Counted from the stretch's first letter, positions 13,642 to 24,629 are shown. The stretch: DNA of 64,000 nucleotides from an uncultured Chloroflexia bacterium (GCA_963797095.1 CAWCNY010000001.1:64001-128000); one strand, 5' to 3'. Numbers and translations are program-made. The notes: generated by a model from the sequence alone, not told the origin.

Positions 13642-13957
13642 CTACCATTATAACAAACACGAGAGGCAAAAAAAACCGTCCGCAGCCCGATTTATTCTCG
13701 GCCCGGTAGCAATATACTGGGCGAACACCAAACTGCATTCACGCACCATCGAGGTGCTGACGCACTACACCCAGAACCCTACGAAATGGGAGTGGCAAAA
13801 TGCGTGTGTTGGTGTTGGCGTGTGGGTCGCGTGGGGGGCGCCGGGTCGCTGGCTGCCCTCGTGGTGAGGTTGCGGGCACACGGCGCGTAGGTACAGGTAA
13901 GCACGCCGCCGGACTGCGCGGAGCGGCGGGCGGTATTATGCCCAAAGGAGTGTGGCT

Positions 13958-15484
13958 ATGACTGAACATGAGGTGGTGATCGTGGGAGCGGGTCCGACCG
14001 GGCTGATGCTGGCGGGGGAGTTGGCGTTGGCGAAGGTCGACGTTGCTAGTGTCGAGCGGCGCACCAGCCAGGAGCTCCCCGGCTCGCGGTCAGGCGGTCT
14101 GCACTCGCGCACCATCGAGGTCTTCGATCAGCGTGGCATCGCCGATCGGTTCCTGTCGGAGGGGCAGGTGGCGCAGGTCGCGGGGTTCGCCGGGGTCTCC
14201 CTGGACATCAGCAACTTTCCCACCCGCCACCCCTACGGGCTCGGGCTGTGGCAGAAACATATCGAGCGCATACTGGCCGGCTGGGTCGACGAGCTTGAGG
14301 TGCCGATCTATCGCGGACGTGAGGTGACCGGCTTCGCGCAGGATAGCACAGGAGTCGACGTCCAACTGTCCGACGGCAAGTCGATGCGGGCGGAGTATCT
14401 CGTCGGGTGCGACGGAGGACGAAGCTTGATCCGTAAAGGAGCAGGCATCGAGTTCCCCGGATCGGATCCGACAACGAGCAACCTGATCGCCGAGTTCGAG
14501 CTGGCCGAGGGGGCCGAGGAGCCGCCATGGGGCATCCGCCACGATGCGCTCGGCATCCACGGCTTCAGCAGGGTGGAGTACGAGATCCGCGACGGCGAGG
14601 TGATCTACAAGGATGAGGGGCCGGTACGGGTCATGGTGACCGAACAGCACGTTGGACGCACCAACGAGCCCACCTTGCGCGATCTCAGCGAGGCGCTCAT
14701 TACCGTATACGGAAACGATTACGGGATCCACAGTCTCACCTGGATCTCCAGGTTCACCGATGCAGCCAGGCAGGCCGCGGCCTACCGCAAGGGACGGGTG
14801 CTGCTGGCGGGCGACGCCGCACATATACATCCCCCGGACGGCGGACAGGGCCTCAACATCGGTGTGCAGGATGCGGTGAACCTGGGATGGAAGCTGGCCC
14901 AGGTGGTCAAGGGGACAGCGCCGGAAAGCCTCCTGGATACCTACCATGTCGAGCGTCACCCGATCGCTGCCCGCGTGCTGCGCAACACGATGGCGTCGGT
15001 CGTGCTTCGCCGCCAGGACGACCGCACCAAAGCCCTGGGCGAGGTCGTGTCGGAGCTGCTGAGCATGGACGAGCCTCGCAAGCGGTTCGCCGGGATGATG
15101 TCTGGCCTGGACATTCATTACGACCTCGGTGAAGGACACCCGCTGCTCGGGCGCCGTATGCCCGATCTCGATCTGGTCACGGCCAATGGTCCGCTGCGGG
15201 TATTCACCCTGCTGCACGATGCCCGGCCCGTGCTACTCAACCTCGGTGAGCCCGGCAGCTTCGACAACGACATCACTCCATGGGCAGATCGGGTTCGGTT
15301 GATCGACGCCCAATATGATGGTATGTGGGAGCTTCCAGTCCTGGGCGCGGTCGCGGCTCCCGCTGCCGTGTTGATTCGGCCCGACGGATACGTCGCCTGG
15401 GTGGGAGACCAAACCCACCTGGGGCTCACTGACGCGCTGACTACCTGGTTCGGACCGCCCACTGCGGCGTATGCGGTACCATAG
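13958..15484 (+). CDS. FAD-dependent aromatic monooxygenase (PheA/TfdB; rifampicin-monooxygenase-like clade)
   Basis: GAGPTG, GCDGGRS and AGDAAHIH..GGQGLN.G.QDA motifs; C-terminal LIRPDGYVAW. Confidence 0.93.
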   Translation: MTEHEVVIVGAGPTGLMLAGELALAKVDVASVERRTSQELPGSRSGGLHSRTIEVFDQRGIADRFLSEGQVAQVAGFAGVSLDISNFPTRHPYGLGLWQKHIERILAGWVDELEVPIYRGREVTGFAQDSTGVDVQLSDGKSMRAEYLVGCDGGRSLIRKGAGIEFPGSDPTTSNLIAEFELAEGAEEPPWGIRHDALGIHGFSRVEYEIRDGEVIYKDEGPVRVMVTEQHVGRTNEPTLRDLSEALITVYGNDYGIHSLTWISRFTDAARQAAAYRKGRVLLAGDAAHIHPPDGGQGLNIGVQDAVNLGWKLAQVVKGTAPESLLDTYHVERHPIAARVLRNTMASVVLRRQDDRTKALGEVVSELLSMDEPRKRFAGMMSGLDIHYDLGEGHPLLGRRMPDLDLVTANGPLRVFTLLHDARPVLLNLGEPGSFDNDITPWADRVRLIDAQYDGMWELPVLGAVAAPAAVLIRPDGYVAWVGDQTHLGLTDALTTWFGPPTAAYAVP

Positions 15485-15534
15485 ACCCAACACTTTGTTG
15501 AGAGATTACCTGTTGGCGTATAATCCTGTGTAGA

Positions 15535-15797
15535 ATGCCGACTGCATTGCGAAGCGGACCCTACCGTTTCTACTTCTATTCATACGACTGTGGCGAGCCG
15601 CGCCATATGCACATCGATCGTGAGAACATGAGTGCCAAGTTCTGGCTCGACCGGATGTTTCTCTCGAGGAGAGCTACGGCTGCACTCGCCGAGAACTGCG
15701 AGACCTTGAGCAAATCACTCGTGACCACCTGGAGACTCTGAGAAATGAATGGGATGCCTTCTGCGGTGACGACCCCCGCACTACCCAGGATCGTTGA
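15535..15797 (+). pseudogene. DUF4160 (HicA-like) toxin with a 1-nt frameshift near 15652
   Basis: MPT..R.GPYRFYFYS.D..EP.H.H...AKFWLD continues as PDVSLEESYG...EWDAF if one C is added in GACCGG. Confidence 0.8.
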
Positions 15798-16119
15798 TGT
15801 GACCATCACAGATGATACGTTGTCCGCCGACCTAGAGGACGGGCGCACTATCAGCGTGCCCATTGGTTGGTATCCTCGTGTAGCATACGCGACACCCCAA
15901 GAACGTGCCTCTTTCCAGATTAGTGGGGCCGGGTATGGCATCCACTGGCCTGAGCTTGACGAGGATCTAGGGGTGGAAGGCCTGCTACTAGGCAGAAGGT
16001 CTGGTGAAAGCACTACATCTTTCAAAGAGTGGCTTGACCAGAGAGAGAAGCACAAAGGGCACAAGGAAAACAAGGAAAAGGAGCAGGAAGATTCGACTGG
16101 CTCGACCGGTAATGACTAA
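15754..16119 (+). CDS. DUF2442 family antitoxin
   Basis: L.DGR.ISVP..WYPR...AT...GIHWPELDEDL signature. Confidence 0.92.
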   Translation: MPSAVTTPALPRIVDVTITDDTLSADLEDGRTISVPIGWYPRVAYATPQERASFQISGAGYGIHWPELDEDLGVEGLLLGRRSGESTTSFKEWLDQREKHKGHKENKEKEQEDSTGSTGND

Positions 16120-16237
16120 TCCAAGGTCCAAGGCTTACCCTCTCCCTGCTCATTCTGCACTTGCCAGGTCAATTGCCGAGCCTGCCGGGCGACCTACTCC
16201 CCAGTCGGGTAGGAGTGCACACTACAGGCACTTTTTG

Positions 16238-17137
16238 TCAGCTACTTAACCGTTCTATGGCCTCCCTGGCTAATTCCGGGAAGTCGGTGGGGCCGGGCGA
16301 TTTCCTCATGCTTGCCGCCTGCTTGTAATATTCGAGAGCCTGCTGTTTATCGCCTTTGGCTTCGTAGGCGGTGGCAAGAATGAAAGGGCCGAAGCTCTGG
16401 TCGGGTGCGGCCTTCATCATGGCGCGGTATTCCTCGATGGCTTTGTCGTAGTTCTGGCGGTCCATCCAGACGTTGCCGAGGTTCAGGTGTGCCGGATAGG
16501 AATCGGGCTGCAATTCCAATAATCTGTGCATCACCTTCTCTGCCTGGTCGTAATCGCGCGAGAGGATCAGGGCCGAGCCAATCGCAAGCAGGGCGTCGGT
16601 GTCGTCGGGCCGCCAGAGGAGCAACGCCTGGGCGGAGTCCTGGGTGGCTCCCCACTGTTGCGCTCTGAGCGATTCGTTCATCTGTTTCTTGATGTCTTCG
16701 ATGTCGTGGTCGGTTGGGCCGTCGAAACTTTTGTGGAAGGCGGCTACTATGTCATCCGCTTCTTTGTCAGGCCCATCGACCTCCAACTCCAGGTAGGAAC
16801 GATTGCCTTTGTCCCACCGCATCTCGTAGCGGATGAGGGCGCGCCGACCGTCCAGCAGGCCGAACGTGGATACCTCTATGCCTGTGCCTTCTTTGGCGGG
16901 GTCTTTGGGCTGGGTCATTTCGCGCAGGCTGATGTTGATCCCTTTTTCCTTGCCGATCTTCGACCTGCGCCAGGTGACGTGGCGGTTGGAGTCGTCCTCC
17001 TGGTGGTCGACCGCCGTCATATCGAGCACGAACTGGGGGTCGAGGTGAGCCGCGTAGCCCGCAACGGCGTCAGGTATGCGGTCGTCCTCCGGGTTCTCCA
17101 TGAAGTAGGGTTGAAGCTTTACCGTTCTGGTAGCCAT
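16238..17137 (-). CDS. Tetratricopeptide-repeat protein
   Basis: C-terminal TPR repeats (AHLNLGNVW...AIEEYR; LATAYEAKG...ALEYY). Confidence 0.85.
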   Translation of the reverse strand: MATRTVKLQPYFMENPEDDRIPDAVAGYAAHLDPQFVLDMTAVDHQEDDSNRHVTWRRSKIGKEKGINISLREMTQPKDPAKEGTGIEVSTFGLLDGRRALIRYEMRWDKGNRSYLELEVDGPDKEADDIVAAFHKSFDGPTDHDIEDIKKQMNESLRAQQWGATQDSAQALLLWRPDDTDALLAIGSALILSRDYDQAEKVMHRLLELQPDSYPAHLNLGNVWMDRQNYDKAIEEYRAMMKAAPDQSFGPFILATAYEAKGDKQQALEYYKQAASMRKSPGPTDFPELAREAIERLSS

Positions 17138-17156
17138 CTTTTTCTCCAAAGGGATG

Positions 17157-18522
17157 TTAGAGTATCCGGTTGTCGCGCATCTCGCGCAACGTCTCGCGGA
17201 ATGCTTCGACCGTTTGATCGAGGTCGGTGCCGGTGTGGGCAGTTGACATAACACCTGACTTGCCGGACATCAGATCTACTCCGCGCCTCATCAGGCCGCT
17301 TTGCAGGGCGGCCTTTACCGGGGGCTTGTTCAACTCGCGGAGGGTGACGGCGTCGGCGCTTGAGCGGTCCAGAGTGCCGTCCGGGTTGGCCCTGGCACCG
17401 CGCCCAAGCAGCACGTGCCACATGGGGCCGTCGCCATAGACGCAGCTTCCCCCGATGCCCAGGTCTGCGATTGCTTCGTTCATCGCGACGATGAGCTTGC
17501 GGCCCATCTGCGTGATGTACTCCTGGGGCTTGCCTGTGGCGGCTTCCTTAAGCATGGCTATGCCCGCCGTCGCGCTGAGGGGGTTGGCGTTGAACGTGCC
17601 AGGGTGGTTGATGCGCCTGTAGCGGTTCCATTTTGGGTCGCCCGGGTGGAACTCCAGAGCGGCCATAACCTCGGCTCGCCCGACGACCGCGCCTCCGGGC
17701 AGGCCACCCGCCATGATCTTGGCGAGGGTGGTCATGTCGGGCACCACGCCGGTTTGAGCCTGCACGCCGCCCGGCGAGTAGCGGAAGCCCGTGACGATCT
17801 CATCGAAGATCAGCAGCACGCCATGCCTGCGGGCGACCTCGGCGAGGCCCGCCAGGAAGCCATCAGGGAGAGGGATGGTGCCGTCAGGATGCGCCTGTCG
17901 GCTCCAGGATGACACAGGCGATCTCATTACCCTGCTTGTCAAGGATGCGCTCTACTTGTGAGAGGTCGGGGGGTGCGACTACCACATCATCGAGCATGGA
18001 GCCAAGCACGCCAACCGAGGTCGGCACGTCGAATGGGGCCTGGAAGCCGGCGGTCATTGCGTCGTACCAGCCGTGGAAGTGGCCCTGGAACTTGAGGAAC
18101 TTTGGGCGCTGGGTGCAGGCGCGGGCCAGCCTGACGGCCAGCATGACCGCCTCGGTGCCCGATGCTGTGAAGCTGATTCTCTGGGCGGAGGGGATCATCG
18201 ACTGGATCAACTCGCCCCATTCGACCTCAAGGGGGTGGCCGCCTCCCAGGTGGGTGCCGAGCTTGATCTGCCTCTCGACAGCCTCCACGATGGTGGGGTA
18301 GCCGTGGCCGAGCAGCAGAGCGCCGTGGCCCATCCAGTAATCTATGTACTCTTTGCCGTCTACATCCCACTTGCGCGAGCCCTGCGCCCGATCGAAATAG
18401 ACAGGCTCTATCTCCCCGAAATAGCGATTGTCGTGGGTTACGCCGCTGGGGAATATGCGTTGGGCCCGCTCGAATAGCTCGTGCGAGCGGCTACCTGTGC
18501 TCATGGTTGTGCTTTCCTGCAT
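17157..18522 (-). pseudogene. Class III PLP aminotransferase (GSA-aminomutase-like) with a +1 frameshift at ~17885
   Basis: N-half (WDVDGKEYIDY, SGTEA, GHFHGW, EPTGAS) and C-half (LIFDEIVTGFR, TLAKIMAGGLP, GTFNANP) lie in different frames, joined at TCC-TGA-C. Confidence 0.85.
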
Positions 18523-18653
18523 TTGCCCCTCTTGTTATGATGAAGATCAATTTTATGTCGAAGAAGTATATCACTCTGTGGCGATTGCGGCTTTCCGGTG
18601 TCGTTGGGTGAAAGTGCATACTGACGGCGGAGGATATTGGACCTATCACCAAC

Positions 18654-18780
18654 CCCCTCTTCCCTGCCAGGGAAGAGGGGGCTTTATTCAGTAGAGATGA
18701 GAGTTGGGGGACACCCCCAACCCCCCGTCAGGGGAATACCCCTGCCCCCCGCGGCAGGCAGTTTCGCTTGCGCCCTCTTT
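18654..18780. repeat. REP-like palindromic cluster
   Basis: GGGGGACACCCCCAACCCCC...GGCAGGCAG units, similar to 27590-27700. Confidence 0.65.
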
Positions 18781-18816
18781 ACCCCCGATCTGAACACTTA
18801 CCTGCCGAGGAGTATA

Positions 18817-20178
18817 TCACGCTTCGGTGATTCTGGCCGCGCGACTCTGCCACTGGTGGGAGAGCAGGGACGACAGCCAACCAATCGCCACCCCCGCCCA
18901 GAGCGCTGAGAATGCCATCAAGGGCAGGGTGTATCTTTCCCAGTCCAGGCCCATATTGACTACGATCAGCGCGAAAAAGATCAGGGTCCATACCAGCGCT
19001 ACTATTGCGGCCTCGCCCTGCCGCTCAAAGATTGCGCCCTGCTCGTATTGCGGGCTGCGTATGGACGCGAAGAGCGTCCAGAGCGATGCTGCCAACCCTA
19101 ACGCTACCAGTATTGCATCCAATGGCAATACCTCTCCAACACCGCGCGCGTCTTCTCCCGCCAGCCACACAGTCAGGCTTACCCCCACGCCGTGGGTTAG
19201 CAAGGGCCGCTGTACCCCTGCCCATAACCTGGGGAGGCCCGGTGCGAGGGCCGCGGTGGGGTAAAGCTCCATCTGGTCGCGCATTTCGTTTGCACGGAAC
19301 TGGAACATCTGGAGCGAGTTGGCGAGGGGCGAGCGATAGAGCGCGGGGTTAAGCAGCGAGAAGATCGTGAAGGCAAGGAGGCCAGCGACGACCGTGGTGA
19401 CGATCGCTTCGGGCACGCCGCGCCAGTCCCAGGAGCGGAGGCGCACCTTGCGAAAGAGGAGCACAGCCCCCAGGGCGACGGGGAGGGCCGCCAAGCTGAG
19501 GGTGGCGGTAAGCTTGGAGGCCATGCCGAGGCCGAACGCGAAGCTGAGAAATACAGCCAGGCTTATGAGGGTGAGGAGAGGGGCGGGCTTGTTGATGGGG
19601 GTCAGGCGTTGGACGAGAATGATGGTCAGGAGGAGGCCCAGCAGTATGAAGAATACCAGCAGACCATCGGCTTCGGCACGAGTCATCAGCTCGCGTGCTT
19701 TGGAGTTGAGAGCCAGCCAGGAGGCGGCTCCGAGGCCCGCCGCCGGGCCGCCTACCCGGCTTGCGATGCCATACATGAGGAGAACTGAGGCGGCAGATAT
19801 GATTCCCATCGGCAGGCGCGCCCAGAAGAGCATATCGTCTGTGGGCATGTTTCCTTCGGCTACGTTCTCGTCCGGCTCTTTAGTGAAATCCCAGGGACTG
19901 TTGAGCGCCAGCAGATCGTAGCCTCTCGCCTTGAGCGATGCCCCCATGACATAGCGCGCCAGGGGGGGCTGTGTGTGGACCCAATAGCTATCCCACTCAG
20001 TTGAGTTGAATATGCCCTTGCTGAATAGCGTCAAGTAGCGGGCTGTGAAGATCCACTGGCTCTCATCGGGAGCGAATTCGGATGCCCACACGCCCGCGAA
20101 CATGAATGTCGCCAGCAAGCCGAGGAATATCCACCTCAGCGCCCTTGCGATCCCGTTGCCCCCACTTTTATCTCGCAT
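18817..20178 (-). CDS. GT-C (ArnT/PMT-like) membrane glycosyltransferase
   Basis: Multi-TM protein with a DE motif after TM1, QPPL.RY and WERY.LP. Confidence 0.8.
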   Translation of the reverse strand: MRDKSGGNGIARALRWIFLGLLATFMFAGVWASEFAPDESQWIFTARYLTLFSKGIFNSTEWDSYWVHTQPPLARYVMGASLKARGYDLLALNSPWDFTKEPDENVAEGNMPTDDMLFWARLPMGIISAASVLLMYGIASRVGGPAAGLGAASWLALNSKARELMTRAEADGLLVFFILLGLLLTIILVQRLTPINKPAPLLTLISLAVFLSFAFGLGMASKLTATLSLAALPVALGAVLLFRKVRLRSWDWRGVPEAIVTTVVAGLLAFTIFSLLNPALYRSPLANSLQMFQFRANEMRDQMELYPTAALAPGLPRLWAGVQRPLLTHGVGVSLTVWLAGEDARGVGEVLPLDAILVALGLAASLWTLFASIRSPQYEQGAIFERQGEAAIVALVWTLIFFALIVVNMGLDWERYTLPLMAFSALWAGVAIGWLSSLLSHQWQSRAARITEA

Positions 20179-20199
20179 ACCGTTTGCCGGTTATTGCTG

Positions 20200-20565
20200 T
20201 TAGATCCAGAGTTGCTCCTGTGCTGTCAGCTCGTTCACCACGTTACCTGTGTTGCGGGTAAGCTCGACAGGCTCAAGGAGCAAAATGTGTGCTTCCTCGA
20301 CGGCCATAGGTTTGTGTTCGACACCCCTCGGCACGATGAAGAACTCGCCCTCGTTCAGCAGTATATCACGGTCCTGTAGCTTGATAGTGAGGCGGCCCTT
20401 GACCACCAGGAATAGCTCATCTTCGTTGTCGTGGTGGTGCCAGGTGAACTCGCCGTGTACCTTTACCAGTTTGACGTGCTGGTCGTTCAGTTGGCCCACG
20501 ATTTTGGGGCTCCAGAGGTCGTTGAAGAGGCCGAATTTCTGCTGCAAGCTTACTTTGTCCATCAC
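20200..20565 (-). CDS. Cupin-domain protein
   Basis: WSPKIV..LN...VKLVK..GEF.WH.H..EDELF...VPRGVEH.P. Confidence 0.93.
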   Translation of the reverse strand: MMDKVSLQQKFGLFNDLWSPKIVGQLNDQHVKLVKVHGEFTWHHHDNEDELFLVVKGRLTIKLQDRDILLNEGEFFIVPRGVEHKPMAVEEAHILLLEPVELTRNTGNVVNELTAQEQLWI

Positions 20566-20687
20566 CTTCTCCTTACGCGTTGATGCCCGCGCGACTATCT
20601 CAATTATAAGGCTTTTGCCGCGACTTCTTTATGGTTGAGGCGCTACCTCGTAAGGCTGTCAGAGCAGGGTATATGGGCGCTATCTGC

Positions 20688-22510
20688 TTACCGAAGTTGT
20701 TTTAGAGATGGGCTGCAACTCGGGAAGTAGGTGTTTGACACTATCTTCGATGTCTGACCTCTCGTGGCATTGTTGTTCGGGCGGAAGTAGGGGAGGTTGC
20801 CTGAGCCGCATGGCTCTCCCGGCCCTCCACATGGATATCCACTCATGATGCTACGCGTTACCAACCGGTATGTGTATGTGTAGTATGTGCTGCCTACAGG
20901 GATGTCCTCGAACTGCTGTCCGCTCGGGTTATCGGTGTACCCCGCCGCATTGGAATCAATCTTGGTGATTTGAGCTCTGGAAGCGTTGGCATTGGGGCGG
21001 AAGTAGGGGAGGTTGCCTGCTCCGCATGGCTCACCTGGCCCTCCACATGGGTAACCACCTATGTAGCCACGAGAGGCGAGCCTACCTATGAAGTCGAAGA
21101 AGGTAGAGCCGACCGGCACGTCCTCAAACATCTGGGTGGTCTGTGTGTCGGAGAAGCCTGCGGAATTGGAGACTACCTTGGAGAGTTGACCCCTGGTGAC
21201 AGGGTTGTTGGGGCGGAAGGTGCCATCGGAGTAGCCTGAGACGATGCCAAGGCAGGCAAGGCAGTGGCCGAATGGGTAGAAAGTGGAGCCTGACTGCACA
21301 TCTGAGAATTGGGTAGAGCAAGAGGCCAGGGGGTTATGCCAAATGCCAAAGTAATCGGACGGCTTACCACCTGCCGAGGTGAAGTTCCCTCCGACATACA
21401 CATCGCCTGTGCTGTTCTCGGTTATTGCATAGACGTAATTGCTCATACCACTGCCAAGGGGAGACCATGAGGTGCCGTTCCACCTGGCTATGTAATTCGT
21501 GCTTACCCCACCTGCTGTGGTGAAAGCCCCACCTGCATACAAATCGCCTGTGGTGCTGTTCATAGTTATTGCATCGACAGTGCTGTTCATGCCACTGCCA
21601 AGGGGAGACCATGAGGTGCCGTCCCACTTGGCTATGCGGTTGACCGTTGACCCACCTGCTGTGGTGAAAGCCCCACCGGCGTATACATCTCCTGTGCTGC
21701 TCACTGCAATGGCAAGGACACTGTCACTCACACCACTGCCGAGGGGAGACCAGGAACTACCGTTCCATTTAGCCATGTAGTTGGCACTTACCCCCCTGCT
21801 ATGGTGAATGTCCCACCAGCGTACACATCACCTGTGGCGCTCACCGCTATTGCAAGGACACTGCCGTTCATACCACTGCCGAGGGGGGACCACCCATCGC
21901 GATTCCATTTAGCTATGTAGTTGGCTGTCGACCCACCTGCTGTGGTGAATGTCCCTCCTATGTATAGATCGCCATCACTGCTCATTGCCATTGCATAGAC
22001 GGAACTGCTCACGGAAGCTGTGCCGAACCTGCCGTCCCAATTCTCATCACCTGCCACCTGTGGTTGTGGTGCCACGGTGCCCGAGCCTGGGCTTGTGCCT
22101 GGATCTTTGGTTGTACTCAAATTGGTTGTAGATGTGTTGGAGGTGGAGTGGACAAAGCGAGGAGGCATGCCTGGGTCGGAGATCATCTGCCAGCCCGTGG
22201 CATCGAGGCTGCCCTGGAGGCCGCTGCTCATGTTGAGCGTGCCGTCAGGGTTGAGTATGCTCTCCAGAGGGGTTGTTGGCTGCCCCAATCCGGGGTCCAA
22301 CTCATGGGCCTCGGCAGAGGCAGAGGCAGAGGCAGAGGCAGAGGCAGAGCCGGAGAGTGCAAGTGGCTGTGGTAGAGTAAGACCTATAGCCAGGAAGAGA
22401 ATTATACCGAGAGTGCTAAGATAGATGCCAGTGGTGAAATGGGTACCGGCCCGGATAAAAGAGATGCCAGATTTTAGTGGAGTTACAGGGGTTGCCGGTG
22501 CGCCGGGCAT
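20688..22510 (-). CDS. Surface protein with beta-propeller repeats and SLH domains (apparent frameshift in a G-run at ~21790)
   Basis: Repeats LY.GG.FTTAGG..ANYIAKW.G..WSPLGSG and SLH-type GYSDGTFRPNN.VTRGQ. The two ORFs fuse if one G is added. Confidence 0.85.
22314..22349. repeat. Hexamer microsatellite (GCAGAG)n encoding ASASAS
   Basis: Seen directly. Confidence 0.85.
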
Positions 22511-22749
22511 AATGAGAAGAGGAGGAGAAGGAGTGTGCGGCGCGCGGGCACAGACCGTTGCTCTTCCTGGAAAATATCAAGGAAAGAGCGCGGAGATATC
22601 GCGAGGTCTGCTCCAATAATGGATACCGGATTATACATCCGATCCAGAAATGTTGCAGAGAGTTAGAGGTATCGGAACAAAGCTGATGCCAGAACCAGTG
22701 GGAGCCTCGCCTTCGTCCTCACACTGCTTATGGTGTTGTTGTTCAGGGT

Positions 22750-23625
22750 CTATCTTCTGAAGAGCTTGCCTATGGACCTGAGCACCAGGAGGCCAAAGGC
22801 CGCCGCACCTGCGAAGACGGCGTAGCCGCGCCAGGTGGGAGGCGGCTCTACTACATCGCCGCTGGGTGGGACATAGGAGCGCATGCGCCACCAGAGGCGG
22901 ATGATCTCTCTGAAGGCCCTGAATACCACCTTTAGGTTCGCGCCCGACTGCTCGCCTTCCATGCGTGGGTAGTGGTTGACGCCTACCTGGGTGAGGCTGC
23001 GGCCCTGGGCCTTGGCTTTGGCGAGTATCTCAGTGTTGATGAGCGCACCCGGCGACTCCAGGTTGATCCCTTTGAGCACATCGGCGTGCATGATCTTGAA
23101 GGCGCAATCTATGTCGCGCACCTGGATATCGAACATGAGCCTGACGGCCATGCCGAAGATGGCGGCGTTGAGGAGGCGGTGGGCAGGGTCGTTGCGCTTG
23201 ATGCGGTAGCCCGCCACGATGTCGTACTCTTGGACGTAGGGCGTGAGGTTGTGGATGTCGTTGATGTCGAACTGGCGGTCGGAGTCCATGAACATGATGT
23301 AGTCGCCGGTGGCGGCGTTGAAGCCGCTGGTGAGGGCCGCGCCGTATCCGCGATTGACGGGGTGATTTACAACTACTACGTGGGGGTTCTCGTTCTCCAG
23401 CTCGCGTGCGATCTCAAGCGTGCGGTCTTTGGAGCCATCGTTTACTACGATCACTTCGTAGTCGGCGAAGGCGGTTGGAAGCACACGTGCGGCTTCCTCT
23501 ACTACCGCCCTGATGTTTGGCTCTTCGTTGTGGGCGGGGAGCACCAGCGACAGTTTCCCTGGCACTTTGTCGCTGTCATCTGATGTTACGCTTTCTGTTT
23601 CAGTACGTTCCAGAGTCTGGGCCAC
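22750..23625 (-). CDS. GT2 glycosyltransferase (polyprenol-phosphate glycosyltransferase-like)
   Basis: LPAHNEE, VNDGSKD, NRGYGAA, MDSD.Q and DIDCAFK motifs. Confidence 0.93.
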   Translation of the reverse strand: MAQTLERTETESVTSDDSDKVPGKLSLVLPAHNEEPNIRAVVEEAARVLPTAFADYEVIVVNDGSKDRTLEIARELENENPHVVVVNHPVNRGYGAALTSGFNAATGDYIMFMDSDRQFDINDIHNLTPYVQEYDIVAGYRIKRNDPAHRLLNAAIFGMAVRLMFDIQVRDIDCAFKIMHADVLKGINLESPGALINTEILAKAKAQGRSLTQVGVNHYPRMEGEQSGANLKVVFRAFREIIRLWWRMRSYVPPSGDVVEPPPTWRGYAVFAGAAAFGLLVLRSIGKLFRR

Positions 23626-23737
23626 ATTGCCTCCGTTTGCGATACGCGATAAGTGATACATGACTATAAGCAGTCACGATTTAGATACCGAATAAGTTAC
23701 ACCATCCTGATAAGTGTATCGCATAGGAGTATGAGCG

Positions 23738-24223
23738 TCAAGAGTTTTGAGGTGACGGCACCGGCTTGCCGTAGCACAGGCTGTGGGGGTCGCCTGCATA
23801 CTGCCCGTAGCAGGGGATGGGGCTGTAGCCCTCGCTGATGTAGAGGCCGATTGCCTCAGTTTGGTTGACACCGGTTTCGAGCTTCAGTGTTGTGTAGCCG
23901 AATGATGCCGCCAGCAATTCCAGCTTGTGCAAGATCAACCTGGAGATACCCTGGCCGCGCATTTCGGGGATGACAAACATGCGCTTGACTTCCACGCTTG
24001 GCGGGTCGCCGGCAAAGGGCTTGATCGCACCGCAGCCCACCGGCTTGTTGTCTATACGAGCCACTAAGAAGGCGGCGCGCGGGGTCTTCACATCATCGGG
24101 CGAGAATGCTCCCGCCCCGTCACGACCGTACTGGCCGCCTAGCTCGGCGGTGAGCTGGCGTATAAGCTCCTGGGCGTCGGGGTGGGTGGCATCTTCAATA
24201 GTTATGGTAAGTCTGTCTATCAT
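23738..24223 (-). CDS. GNAT family N-acetyltransferase
   Basis: EVKRMFV...RGQG; LETG..Q.EAI.LY...GY. Confidence 0.93.
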   Translation of the reverse strand: MIDRLTITIEDATHPDAQELIRQLTAELGGQYGRDGAGAFSPDDVKTPRAAFLVARIDNKPVGCGAIKPFAGDPPSVEVKRMFVIPEMRGQGISRLILHKLELLAASFGYTTLKLETGVNQTEAIGLYISEGYSPIPCYGQYAGDPHSLCYGKPVPSPQNS

Positions 24224-24248
24224 GGCTTCCCTACAGCCGTCTCTATTG

Positions 24249-24629
24249 CTACACCGCGCCTTTGATCCAGTTTATGATGGTGCGCGCACCATCTATTGCG
24301 ACCGTTATCAGGTCGATACGCCAACTGGCGCTTTCGGGGTCGATGCCGGTCTCCTCTAAATAGGCGTACGCGGTGGCTGCCATGCTTGCCGCTTTCCTGA
24401 TTGAGATCGACTCCTCGGCAAGACCCTCCCGTCCATGCCGTGTGCGCACCTCCACGAAGGCAAGTGTTTCACCGCCCTCTTCAGAGGGGCATAGAGCCAC
24501 GATATCTATTTCGCCCGGGTGGGCGTGCCAGTTTCGCTCTACAATTGCGCAGCCCTCGCTTATCAGGTAGCGGGTGGCTCTCTCCTCGCCTTTGTCGCCT
24601 GTCGCGCTTCTTTCTTCATGCGACAACAA
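24249..24629 (-). CDS. yraN: YraN/UPF0102 endonuclease-like protein
   Basis: G..GE..A..YL...RNW....GEIDIVA...FVEV.TR; follows rnhB. Confidence 0.9.
   Translation of the reverse strand: MLSHEERSATGDKGEERATRYLISEGCAIVERNWHAHPGEIDIVALCPSEEGGETLAFVEVRTRHGREGLAEESISIRKAASMAATAYAYLEETGIDPESASWRIDLITVAIDGARTIINWIKGAV

Noticed and set aside
14090-15217. Long antisense ORFs (also 26702-27595, 38391-39326, 40130-41038)
   Set aside because: Antisense shadows of well-supported genes in GC-rich DNA.
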